Made by a program: the position numbers and the translations under genes | Assembly (NCBI GenBank): GCA_028713675.1 | Contig: JAQTNV010000016.1 | Span: 54-64,053, forward strand | DNA from: a bacterium | GTDB taxonomy: Bacteria > Desulfobacterota > JAPLJL01 | Direction of reading: 5' to 3' | DNA length: 64,000 nt | In this document: one piece after another, positions 1-8,244 of the stretch | How positions within the stretch are numbered: the first letter of the stretch is position 1 | Layout of the letters: each line of letters starts with the position of its first letter | The notes under the pieces: model-generated | Databases searched by the model: none | Seen by the model: the letters and a program-made list of their open reading frames with translations, nothing else | What the model was told of the DNA's origin: nothing

Positions 1-937
1 GATGGATGTTTCCCAGGACCCGGCTCTGCCAGAACTGGTCCGGCGTGATCCGGCCGTCCCAGTCCATCCCGGCGATCCCGATTCCGGAACGGTTGCCCGC
101 GTTCATTTTCAGCAGTGAATATATCATCTTGGCCCGGGCCGGATCGCGTTTTTTCACCTGGAGATACAGGTAGGGACCGTCGGCGTGGTTATCAACGGTG
201 AGAATTTCCGCTTTTCTCCCCTCCGAGAAAAGCACCCCGGAGAGCGAGATGATTGTGTCCATGGCCTGCCGGGTCTCCCAGGGAGTCAATGAGACCTCGA
301 GCAGATTGGTTCCCCGCCCGGTGCAGACCAGGTGATAGAAACAGGCCCGCACGATATTTTCCTTATCGATCAGATCAAAAACCGCCGGAATCTCGGTCAT
401 ATTCAGGCTGGTAATGGTAAACCTTAACCCGGTTTTTATCCCGGCGTCCTGGGCGTTGCGGATTCCATGCAGGGTTTTAAGATAAGCGCCGGAGACCCCG
501 CGGAAAAAATCGTTCCTTTCCCCCACCCCGTCCAGGCTTACGCCGGCATAGGCCAGGCCCGCCTTTTTCAATTCCCGCGCGGCGCTTTTAGTAATCATGG
601 TCCCGTTGGTGGACAGGACCGGCCGGAGCCCGAGGTCCCTGGCCTTGGCGACCAGCTCAAAAATACCGGGCCGGAGCAACGGCTCCCCCCCCGAAAAAAG
701 CACCACCGGGATTTTGGCGCCCGCGAGGTCCTCCAGAATCCGGAAGGCTTCTTCCTTCTTCACCTCCCCGGGATAAAAACGGTTTTTCGAGTCCGCATAG
801 CAGTGCCGGCATTTCAGATTGCAGCGGCGGGTGATATTCCAGACCACGATGGGCCTGGCTTGTTTCGGATCGCTCCGGTAACGGAGGCGGTCTCCCTCGC
901 TCTCATAATTAAACAAAAGCCGGCTTAGATTAATCAT
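1..937 (-). CDS. ahbC: Radical SAM heme-biosynthesis protein, AhbC/NirJ1-like (3' end outside window; absent from ORF track)
   Basis: Manual minus-strand translation from ATG at 937: MINLSRLLFNYESEGDRLRY...PIVVWNITRRCNLKCRHCYA (CxxxCxxC), FSGGEPLLR, LSTNGT, YHLVCTGRG, TVDNHADGPY. Lies directly downstream of cobA/hemD. Confidence 0.8.
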   Translation of the reverse strand, partial: MINLSRLLFNYESEGDRLRYRSDPKQARPIVVWNITRRCNLKCRHCYADSKNRFYPGEVKKEEAFRILEDLAGAKIPVVLFSGGEPLLRPGIFELVAKARDLGLRPVLSTNGTMITKSAARELKKAGLAYAGVSLDGVGERNDFFRGVSGAYLKTLHGIRNAQDAGIKTGLRFTITSLNMTEIPAVFDLIDKENIVRACFYHLVCTGRGTNLLEVSLTPWETRQAMDTIISLSGVLFSEGRKAEILTVDNHADGPYLYLQVKKRDPARAKMIYSLLKMNAGNRSGIGIAGMDWDGRITPDQFWQSRVLGNIH

Positions 938-944
938 ATTGAAG

Positions 945-976
945 TCTCTGGTTTCGAGTTTCTGGTTTCGGGTTAG
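945..976. repeat. Degenerate heptamer array (TTTCGAG/TTTCTGG family)
   Basis: tctctggtttcgagtttctggtttcgggttag. Confidence 0.8.
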
Positions 977-1000
977 AAATCAGCCCAAAACACTTTTTGA

Positions 1001-1119
1001 GGGCCGATCGGAGATCGGCCCCTACATTTATATATAAATAAAAAAAAATAATTGATAGCATTTGTAGGGTGCGTTCCCCGAACGCACCTCCTTCGGGCCG
1101 ATCGGAGATCGGCCCCTAC
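1001..1119. repeat. Cluster of three GTAG-type REP hairpins
   Basis: GTAGGGGCCGATCTCCGATCGGCCC on the minus strand at 1001-1025 and 1095-1119; GTAGGGTGCGTTCCCCGAACGCACC on the plus strand at 1064-1088. Confidence 0.85.
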
Positions 1120-1142
1120 ATTAATATTATTTATTAGATCAA

Positions 1143-2666
1143 TCATTTGCGTTTGTAATATCCAATTATCGCTTCCGCCAGATCGGGAATCGTCGGTTTC
1201 CGGGCCACGATCCCCGCCCTGATTTTATTTTCTTTCAGAGCCCGGGCGGTCACCTCCCCAATCGCGGCCACGAGCTTGCCTTTCAACAGGAGCCGGGCTT
1301 TGGCCTTCCCCATGATCCCCAGAAAATTTATCACCGTGGAGGAACTGGTAAAGGTGATCCCGTCGAAATCGCCCCGGGTCACCGCTTTCTTCACTTCCGG
1401 ATCCACCCGCTTCGCCCGCGCGGTCCGATAACAGATCACATCGGTAACCAGCCCCCCCGCGGCCCGGAGGACCCGGGGAAGATCCGGGTCCGCCTGCTCC
1501 GAACGGGCCAGCAGGATCCGTTTGCCCCGGATGTTTTTCCCGCCCATGGCCCGGGGCAGTTCGCTGGAATAATACTTCCCGGGCATCACCTCGGCCTTGA
1601 TCCCCCACCAGCCCAGCTCTTCCCTGGTCGCCGGGCCGATCACGGCGATCTTTACCCCTTTCAGGTCCCGCAGATCCCGGTCCAGGTCCAGCATCCTGCC
1701 GATCAGGCCTCTCACCCCGTTGGGACTGGTCAAAACCAGCCAGTCAAAATCAGAAATTTTCCCGATCGCCCGGTCCAGACCCGTGTTCCGCCGCGGCCCC
1801 AGGATTTCAATCGTGGGAAACTCGAGCGTCCAGGCCCCGGACGCCTGGAGCGTCTCTGCCAGGGCGGAAGCCTGTTCCCGGGCCCTGGTAATGACAATCT
1901 TTTTCCCGAACAGGGGTTTTTTCTCAAACCAATTCATTTCTTCCCGCAGGCGGACCACTTCACCCACAATAATCACCGCCGGCGGTTTGATCCCGGCTTT
2001 CCGGACCCGCCGGGAGATATCCCGTAAATCCCCGGTCACCGTTCTTTGAAACGGGTAGGTTCCATTCTCGACAATCCCGACCGGGGTCCGGGGAGAAAGA
2101 CCGGCCCGGGCCAGGCTCCCGGTAATTTTATCCAGGTTGGCCATCCCCATCAGGAAGACCAGGGTGCCCTTTCCCGAGGCCAGCGCCTTCCAATTAATCC
2201 CGGACTCGGTTTTGGCGGGATCTTCCTGCCCGGTGATCACGGAAAAACTCGAAGCGAAATCCCGGTGGGTCAGGGGAATTCCGGCATAGGTGGGAGCGGC
2301 AATCGCCGAGGTAACCCCCGGGACCAGTTCGATCCGCACCCCCTTCCGGACCAACGCCAGGGCTTCCTCCGCCCCGCGGCCCAGGACGAACGGGTCTCCC
2401 CCCTTGAGCCGGGCCACGATCCTGCCGGCCCGGGCCTTCCGGATCAGGAGTTCATTGATTTCCTTTTGCTTGGGTGAGGGCTTGCCGCCCCGTTTTCCGA
2501 CGGGGATAAGCTCCGCCCCGGTTCTGACCAGGGATAGAATGGATCGGTCCATCAAGGCGTCGTAAAGAACCACGTCCGCCCTGCCCAGGATTCTCTCCGC
2601 TTTCCTGGTCAGGAGCCCGGGATCCCCGGGGCCCGCGCCGATTAAATATACCTTTCCCGCCGCCAT
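1143..2666 (-). CDS. cobA: Bifunctional uroporphyrinogen-III C-methyltransferase / uroporphyrinogen-III synthase (CobA-HemD)
   Basis: KVYLIGAGPGDPGLLT, RLKGGDPFVLGRGAEE, VPGVTSA; C-terminal HEM4 part (LFGKKIVITRAREQA, FTSSSTV). Start moved to MAAGKV at 2666 because the longer ORF N-terminus is repeat-derived. Confidence 0.93.
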   Translation of the reverse strand: MAAGKVYLIGAGPGDPGLLTRKAERILGRADVVLYDALMDRSILSLVRTGAELIPVGKRGGKPSPKQKEINELLIRKARAGRIVARLKGGDPFVLGRGAEEALALVRKGVRIELVPGVTSAIAAPTYAGIPLTHRDFASSFSVITGQEDPAKTESGINWKALASGKGTLVFLMGMANLDKITGSLARAGLSPRTPVGIVENGTYPFQRTVTGDLRDISRRVRKAGIKPPAVIIVGEVVRLREEMNWFEKKPLFGKKIVITRAREQASALAETLQASGAWTLEFPTIEILGPRRNTGLDRAIGKISDFDWLVLTSPNGVRGLIGRMLDLDRDLRDLKGVKIAVIGPATREELGWWGIKAEVMPGKYYSSELPRAMGGKNIRGKRILLARSEQADPDLPRVLRAAGGLVTDVICYRTARAKRVDPEVKKAVTRGDFDGITFTSSSTVINFLGIMGKAKARLLLKGKLVAAIGEVTARALKENKIRAGIVARKPTIPDLAEAIIGYYKRK

Positions 2667-2694
2667 AACTTTCGAATTATAGCAATAAAAGTTG

Positions 2695-2946
2695 CCGGTG
2701 TCGGTGTCGGTGTCAGTTTTATCGCATAGAGCAGATGGTAAAGGGCAAAGCGCAGAAAGCAAATCGCATCAGGCAGGGAGCATAGGGTTTAACCCGAAAC
2801 TAGAAATCTGGATTCCGGCTTTCGCCGGAATGACGAACTTTTCCGTTTGATTGTTACTTTTATTTACCCTTAAAACCTTGAACCCCTTTTGCAAGGCTTC
2901 CCTCGGCCACAATACCTCGGGATCTAATCGTAAAGCCTTGCCCTAC
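2695..2946. repeat. Composite intergenic repeat block (hexamer GGTGTC array, GAGCATA heptamers, GGGTTTAACCC junction, CTGGATTCC...GGAATGAC hairpin, 56-bp composite REP)
   Basis: ggtgtcggtgtcggtgtcagt near 2697-2717; ctggattccggctttcgccggaatgac 2808-2834; gcaaggcttccctcgg...agccttgccctac 2891-2946. Confidence 0.85.
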
Positions 2947-2972
2947 TTTCCGTCTTTTTTGGCTTTTATTCG

Positions 2973-4091
2973 TCAATAGATTTCTTTGAGGATTTTTTCC
3001 AGGTCTTCCCGCCGGAGATCAACCGGGTTCAGAGCCGAGCTTTTTCCGAAGCCCCGCTCCGCCAGCCGGTAAAGGTCCTCCTCCTTCACGCCGATTTGCC
3101 GGAGGCAGATCGGGGCCTCGAGCTCCCGCATCAGGGTCTGGATTTTCCCTTCCAGGCTTTCCAGGTTTTCGAGGTTCAGGATCCGCAGGAGCCGGGCCAG
3201 GCGCTCCCCGATCGCCGGCCGGTTGATCCGTAAGAAAGACGGAATGAAAATGGCGCAGGCCAGGCCGTGCTCAAAGCCGAAGTCAAAAGTAAGCGGATAC
3301 GAAGCGGGATGAATGGCGGTGGTCCCCGTCTGGCTGATGGCCAATCCTCCCAGCATGCTGGCTTCCGACATCCCGGTCCGGGCGGCCGGATCGTCCCCGG
3401 TCCGGTAAGCCCGGACCAGGTGCTGAAAGATGAGTTCGATGGCGCGCTCGGCGAAAAGCGCCGCCAGGGGCTGGTGATTCTTCGACCAGAGGGATTCCAG
3501 GGCGTGGGCCAGGACGTCCAGTCCGGTGGCCGCGGTCTGCCGGGGGGGAAGCCCGACTGTTAAAAGCGGATCAATGATCGCGACCCGGGGATACAGAATC
3601 GGATTCCGCAGGGAAAATTTCAGGCGTTTTTCCGGAACGGTCAGGATCGAATAGGGGGTAACCTCGCTTCCGGAACCGGAAGTGGTGGGAATGGCGATCA
3701 AGGGCAGGCCCGGATGTTTCAGCGATTTTCCTTCCAGGTATTCCAGGACCCGGCCCGGGTTGCTGACCAGAACCGCCATCGCCTTGGCAGCGTCGAGAGG
3801 GCTTCCGCCCCCCAGGCCGATGATCAAACCGCATTTTTCCTTCCGGCAGACCTCGACGCCCCGGTCCACGGTCGCGGCGGACGGATTGGGCTCGACCTGG
3901 TCGAAGACCGCCACCCTTTCAGGGCCCAGTTCCGCAATGATTTTCCCGATCACCCCGGATTTCCGCATCGCGGTCTTCCCGGTCACCAGCAGGATCCGGC
4001 CCGGGCCGAAGCTGTCCGCCGCCTGGCGGAGATTTCCGAGGGCTCCCCAGCCGAAGATTATCCTGGTCGGATTTTGAAAATTAAAATCCAT
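2973..4091 (-). CDS. Iron-containing alcohol dehydrogenase family protein
   Basis: GLGGGSPLDAAK, IPTTSGSGSEVT, DVLAHALES, His ligands (IHPASY, FEHGLAC). Confidence 0.92.
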   Translation of the reverse strand: MDFNFQNPTRIIFGWGALGNLRQAADSFGPGRILLVTGKTAMRKSGVIGKIIAELGPERVAVFDQVEPNPSAATVDRGVEVCRKEKCGLIIGLGGGSPLDAAKAMAVLVSNPGRVLEYLEGKSLKHPGLPLIAIPTTSGSGSEVTPYSILTVPEKRLKFSLRNPILYPRVAIIDPLLTVGLPPRQTAATGLDVLAHALESLWSKNHQPLAALFAERAIELIFQHLVRAYRTGDDPAARTGMSEASMLGGLAISQTGTTAIHPASYPLTFDFGFEHGLACAIFIPSFLRINRPAIGERLARLLRILNLENLESLEGKIQTLMRELEAPICLRQIGVKEEDLYRLAERGFGKSSALNPVDLRREDLEKILKEIY

Positions 4092-4094
4092 TTT

Positions 4095-4216
4095 CGGTGT
4101 CGGTGTCTGTTTTATCGGGTCATAAGTGATAGGTCATAGGAAAACTTCCTGGATTCCGGCTTCCGCCGGAATGACAATCGTTTTTCCTTTGAACTTTGAC
4201 CTTTGATCTTTGAACT
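4095..4216. repeat. Intergenic hexamer/heptamer arrays plus CTGGATTCC...GGAATGAC hairpin
   Basis: ggtgtcggtgtc; gtcataagtgataggtcatag; ctggattccggcttccgccggaatgac; ctttgaactttgacctttgatctttgaact. Confidence 0.8.
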
Positions 4217-4219
4217 ATT

Positions 4220-5380
4220 TTATATGAATTGCTCCCGGATCTTGTTGATCGCCTCGTCCAGGTCCTCGGGGCTGTGGATGTTCAATCGTTCGAGGAGATC
4301 TTCGATGGCCTGGCGTTTATCGGAATCGTCAAGATCATCCAGATTGCGGAAAACCGAGCCCCCCACCGCCCCCAGTCTCCTTCCCACCCGGAAAACCAGT
4401 TTATCATCCGGGTCGAGCCCCAGGTAGCGCTCCAGGGCCGCGAGCATCCGGGGCTTTTCCTCCGGCAGTTTGCCCTCCACCTCCTCGAGCAGATTCATGA
4501 TGTGGTCGCTGGTCACCCGCGCATGGCATTCAAGCCTGGAAATAAAGGTATGAATCTCCCGGACTACGTCGTCCTCATCGAGCGTGCCGAATTCCCCGCT
4601 CTCCAGTTTTTCCCCCAACCGGGTGCCGGGCGAAACGACCAGGGACCTGATCCTGATAAAATGCGGATCTATTTCGTTCAGGACCGCGGCCGTCGCCTCG
4701 GCGTGCTCCCGGGACCATTTCTTCCCCCCCAGGCCCGGCATCACGTATTCCGAGAGCTCGATCCCGGACCCCCGGATCATCTTCCCACCCTTGATCTCAT
4801 CTTCCGCGGTGCATCCCTTGTCAATGTATTCGAGCAGCGGGTCATATCCGGTTTCGAGCCCGATGTGGATCCGGTCCAGGCCGGCGCTTTTCAATTCCCG
4901 GTATTCCTCCGGTTTTTTCCGGGCGGCGGTATGCGAGCGGGCGTAGCTCGTCACCCGCTTGAGATCGGGAAAGGTCTGGCGGAGGAATTTCAGGACCTCG
5001 ACCAGCTCCGGCGTTCTCATGATCAAAGTATTGGCATCCTGCAGAAAAGCTGATTCCCCCCCGAAATAAAGCCAGAGGGCCACCTGGCGGTAGGAATCGT
5101 TGGGCGCGTTCCGGTAGGCCAGGGCCGCGGCCTCCTGAGGACGGTCTCCGAGTCCCCCCTTCCAGGACATCGCCCGGATTTCGTCGGCGATTTCCCTGGC
5201 GGTCAGGATGTCTTTCTTTATCTCCTCCACGGTCCGGAGGCTGAATTTCTCACCCTTGTAGACCGGGCAGAAATGACAGCGGTTCCACGGGCAGTTTCGC
5301 GTGGCCCGGATCAGGAGGCTCTGGGCCTCGCTCGGCGGCCTGATCGGCCCGACTTCAAAATTCAGATCGGAACTTGGCAC
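4220..5380 (-). CDS. Radical SAM protein, function unknown
   Basis: GPIRPPSEAQSLLIRATRNCPWNRCHFC (CxxxCxxC), HIGLETG. Likely GTG start at 5380 behind TGGAGG. Confidence 0.88.
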   Translation of the reverse strand: MPSSDLNFEVGPIRPPSEAQSLLIRATRNCPWNRCHFCPVYKGEKFSLRTVEEIKKDILTAREIADEIRAMSWKGGLGDRPQEAAALAYRNAPNDSYRQVALWLYFGGESAFLQDANTLIMRTPELVEVLKFLRQTFPDLKRVTSYARSHTAARKKPEEYRELKSAGLDRIHIGLETGYDPLLEYIDKGCTAEDEIKGGKMIRGSGIELSEYVMPGLGGKKWSREHAEATAAVLNEIDPHFIRIRSLVVSPGTRLGEKLESGEFGTLDEDDVVREIHTFISRLECHARVTSDHIMNLLEEVEGKLPEEKPRMLAALERYLGLDPDDKLVFRVGRRLGAVGGSVFRNLDDLDDSDKRQAIEDLLERLNIHSPEDLDEAINKIREQFI

Positions 5381-5461
5381 TGGTATCCTCCAGGGTAATT
5401 CTACTACCCCGGCGGTTTTCTCCGCCATCCCACTCCCCGGCACTGACACTAACACCGACAC

Positions 5462-5490
5462 CCTGGCCGGCTTCGCCCGTCTCGGGCAGG
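5462..5490 (+). mobile_element. 29-bp CCTGGCCG...CTCGGGCAGG micro-element inserted in a GACACY hexamer array
   Basis: C[cctggccg gcttcgcccgt ctcgggcagg]C; the same ends recur at 41157, 60089 and 63684. Confidence 0.65.
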
Positions 5491-5547
5491 CTGACACTAT
5501 TTTCCCAACCCTTCCGATCCATACTTTTATCCTTTAAACTTATTTCA

Positions 5548-5838
5548 ATGAGGAAAAACAGACCCGATCTGAATTCCGTCCCGAGAATTACCCCCGGGAT
5601 CGCTTTCCGGATCATCGAGGGGGAAGCGGTGCTGGTTAACCCCGAAAACAAGATGATCTACGTTTTAAACCACACCGGGGCTTTTGCCTGGCAGAAAATT
5701 GACGGGAAAATCAACATTAAAAAAATCGCCCAGGCCCTTTCCCTGGAATACCAGGCAGACACCTCCAAAGCTGAAAATGATCTCCTGGAGCTTTTTGAAG
5801 GGCTGTCCGATCGCGGCCTGCTTTCCTGGAATAAATAA
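5548..5838 (+). CDS. PqqD-family peptide chaperone (RiPP recognition element)
   Basis: RIIEGEAVLVNPENKMIYVLNHTGAFAWQKIDG...DLLELFEGLSDRGLL, about 96 aa. Start at MRKNRP (5548). Confidence 0.88.
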   Translation: MRKNRPDLNSVPRITPGIAFRIIEGEAVLVNPENKMIYVLNHTGAFAWQKIDGKINIKKIAQALSLEYQADTSKAENDLLELFEGLSDRGLLSWNK

Positions 5839-5894
5839 TTTTTTCTTTTTCTTCCTTTCACCCTTGAGCTTTCAACTTTGACCTTTTTTTAATC

Positions 5895-6938
5895 ATGCCC
5901 GGTTACGAAAAAGTAATGAACCAGGCCGCGCGGCGGCTGACCCCAATTTCGGTATTAATTGAGCTGACGTACCGATGTAATCTTTCCTGCCGGCATTGCT
6001 ATATACCTCCCGGCCAACTCCATCCCAAATCCCCTTCCCAAAAATCCTCACTCACTCTAAAGGAATGGGCAAATATTTTTACCCAGCTGGCCGAATCCGG
6101 AACGCTGTTTCTGACTTTTACCGGGGGAGAAACCCTGCTCTATCCGAAATTCCCGGAACTGCTGAAAATCGCCCGGGAACAACGCTTCACCTTTCGTGTT
6201 TTTACCAACGGAACCCTGATTACGAGGGAAACCGTAAAAAAACTTTCCCGTCTGCACCCTTTCGAGGTTGAAATCAGTGTCTACGCCGCCGATCCCCGCC
6301 TTCACGACCTGGTCACCGGAAGGAAAGGCTCGTTCGAGCTCACCTGGAACGCTATCAGGATGCTCAAGAATGAGGGCATCAAGGTCAATTTAAAAACCCC
6401 GGTCATGACGCTTAATCAAAAAGAGGTCAAGCCACTGCGGGATTTGGCCCGCGACCTGGACCTTCCGATTCAATTTTCCTATGTCCTCTCCCCCCGTGAC
6501 GACGGTAACTCCGCTCCTTTGAAGCTTCAGCTCAAAACCCGGGAAATCCGGGCCTGTCTGTCGCGGGAATACGATTCCGAATCCTGCCCGGACCTGGCCC
6601 CCAATCCCGGACGCAAACCGGGTGACCCGATCTGCTCGGCCGGGAGAAATTCCCTGGCGATTTCCCCCGCAGGCAAGGTTTATCCCTGCGTTCAGATCCG
6701 CCGGGAAGCCGGCGATTTGAGAAAAGAGAAATTCGCGGCAATCTGGAAGAAATCCCCGGTGCTCCGGGAAATCAGGGGAATGACCATGGCGCAGGTTCCG
6801 GAATGCCTTTCCTGCCGTGACCTGGGATTCTGCTCTTTGTGTCCGGGAATGTCCCTGATTTTATCGGACGAAGTCGAGGAACCTTACTGGCCGTCATGCG
6901 AACTGGCCCGGGCGCGGGCAAAGGGAGGGAAAAAATAA
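5895..6938 (+). CDS. Radical SAM/SPASM domain maturase
   Basis: ELTYRCNLSCRHCY, FTGGE, FTNGT; SPASM cysteines CSAGRNSLAISPAGKVYPC...CLSCRDLGFCSLCPG...C. Confidence 0.9.
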   Translation: MPGYEKVMNQAARRLTPISVLIELTYRCNLSCRHCYIPPGQLHPKSPSQKSSLTLKEWANIFTQLAESGTLFLTFTGGETLLYPKFPELLKIAREQRFTFRVFTNGTLITRETVKKLSRLHPFEVEISVYAADPRLHDLVTGRKGSFELTWNAIRMLKNEGIKVNLKTPVMTLNQKEVKPLRDLARDLDLPIQFSYVLSPRDDGNSAPLKLQLKTREIRACLSREYDSESCPDLAPNPGRKPGDPICSAGRNSLAISPAGKVYPCVQIRREAGDLRKEKFAAIWKKSPVLREIRGMTMAQVPECLSCRDLGFCSLCPGMSLILSDEVEEPYWPSCELARARAKGGKK

Positions 6939-6939
6939 T

Positions 6940-6964
6940 GTAGGGCCTGATCCCCGATCAGGCC
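6940..6964 (+). repeat. GTAG-type REP hairpin
   Basis: GTAG GGCCTGATC CCC GATCAGGCC, 9-bp perfect stem. Confidence 0.8.
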
Positions 6965-7065
6965 GGAGAACGTTAGTCACCGTCCCCTTACCAGCCTGCC
7001 GCTTTTATAAACCCGAAAAATACGATTAAATTCATTTCTCCGTCATATGCAGGCGGCCTTTTTTT

Positions 7066-7163
7066 GTAGTTTGCCGATTCATTTATCCCGACAAAGGAGG
7101 GACGTGTCCCGTCAAGGGCGGGATCGGCGGTTTTCAAAAAAGCCCGATAGATCGGGCAACTAC
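7066..7163. repeat. Inverted REP pair (REPIN-like); first REP interrupted by a 35-bp insert
   Basis: gtagtttgccgattcatttATC[7088-7122]ATCggc, then gcccgatagatcgggcaactac at 7142-7163. Confidence 0.7.
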
Positions 7164-7247
7164 ATAATATCCGAAAATATTAACTGCATTTTTCGGGATA
7201 AAAGAAAGGAAAATTTAAGAAAGAATGGTTCGTTCGGGGAACGAACC

Positions 7248-8117
7248 CTACTTCTTCAGGAGGGGAAAGCCGCGGGCCTCGCGGCCCTGCAGATAAAGCT
7301 CGGCCGAGCGCCGGGCGAGATCGCGGACCCGGCCGATATAAGCGGCCCGCTCGGTGATGCTGATTACGCCGCGGGCGTTCAGGATATTGAAGACGTGAGA
7401 ACATTTCAAACAGTGGTCGTAGGCCGGAAGCGCCAGCCCCTTTTCCAACAAGGCCTTGCCCTCGGATTCGAAGATCTTGAAAAGCTCCTGCAGTTTCCCG
7501 CCGTCCGCCTCTTCGAAGTTATACTTGGAAAACTCCACCTCGTCCTGGTGATGCATTTCCCCGTAGGTCACCCCGTGGGCCCAGACAATATCGAAAATGC
7601 TGTTTACTCCCTGCAGATACATCGCGATTCTCTCAAGGCCGTAAGTCAGTTCCACCGGGATGGGATCCAGGTTGATCCCCCCGCTCTGCTGAAAATAGGT
7701 GAACTGCGTGACTTCCATCCCGTCGAGCCAGACTTCCCAGCCCACCCCCCAGGCCCCCAGCGTGGGAGATTCCCAGTCATCCTCGACAAACCGGAGATCG
7801 TGATCCTCCGGTTTAATCCCCAATGACCTCAGGCTGTTCAGGTAAAGATCCTGGACCTCGAGCGGTGAAGGCTTCAGAATGACCTGGAACTGGTAATAAT
7901 GCTGGAGGCGGTTGGGATTCTCTCCGTATCTGCCGTCGGTGGGGCGCCGGCAAGGTTCCACGAAGGCGACCTTCCAGGGCTCCGGGCCCAGGACCCGCAG
8001 AAAAGTCGAGGGATGGAAGGTCCCCGCCCCTTTTTCCAGGTCGTAGGGCTGGACGATCAGGCAGCCCTGGTCTTTCCAGAAATTCTGGAGATGAAGTATC
8101 AAGTCCTGAAAATTCAC
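7248..8117 (-). CDS. glyQ: Glycine--tRNA ligase alpha subunit
   Basis: [66 protein letters not shown]. Confidence 0.98.
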   Translation of the reverse strand: MNFQDLILHLQNFWKDQGCLIVQPYDLEKGAGTFHPSTFLRVLGPEPWKVAFVEPCRRPTDGRYGENPNRLQHYYQFQVILKPSPLEVQDLYLNSLRSLGIKPEDHDLRFVEDDWESPTLGAWGVGWEVWLDGMEVTQFTYFQQSGGINLDPIPVELTYGLERIAMYLQGVNSIFDIVWAHGVTYGEMHHQDEVEFSKYNFEEADGGKLQELFKIFESEGKALLEKGLALPAYDHCLKCSHVFNILNARGVISITERAAYIGRVRDLARRSAELYLQGREARGFPLLKK

Positions 8118-8244
8118 AAGTTCGAATCCTCTTCGATAATAAACATAAGCAAAAACGCAGTTTGAAAATTATAACTTTGCCTTGATAGTGTCAATTGCCC
8201 GATTCAAAACCGAGGAAGAAAGCCGATCCGTCACTGTTTCTGAT

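Noticed and set aside
2667-2762. N-terminal extension of CobA (MLSALCPLPSALCDKTDTDTDTG)
   Set aside because: Read-through of heptamer/hexamer arrays; the family N-terminus begins at MAAGKVYLIG.
6939-7247. RiPP precursor ORF downstream of the SPASM enzyme
   Set aside because: Only REP hairpins and very short or RBS-less frames were found; no leader/core-like peptide.
7248-8117. glyQ without adjacent glyS as an anomaly
   Set aside because: Separation of the two subunit genes is not rare, and glyS may lie elsewhere in the genome.
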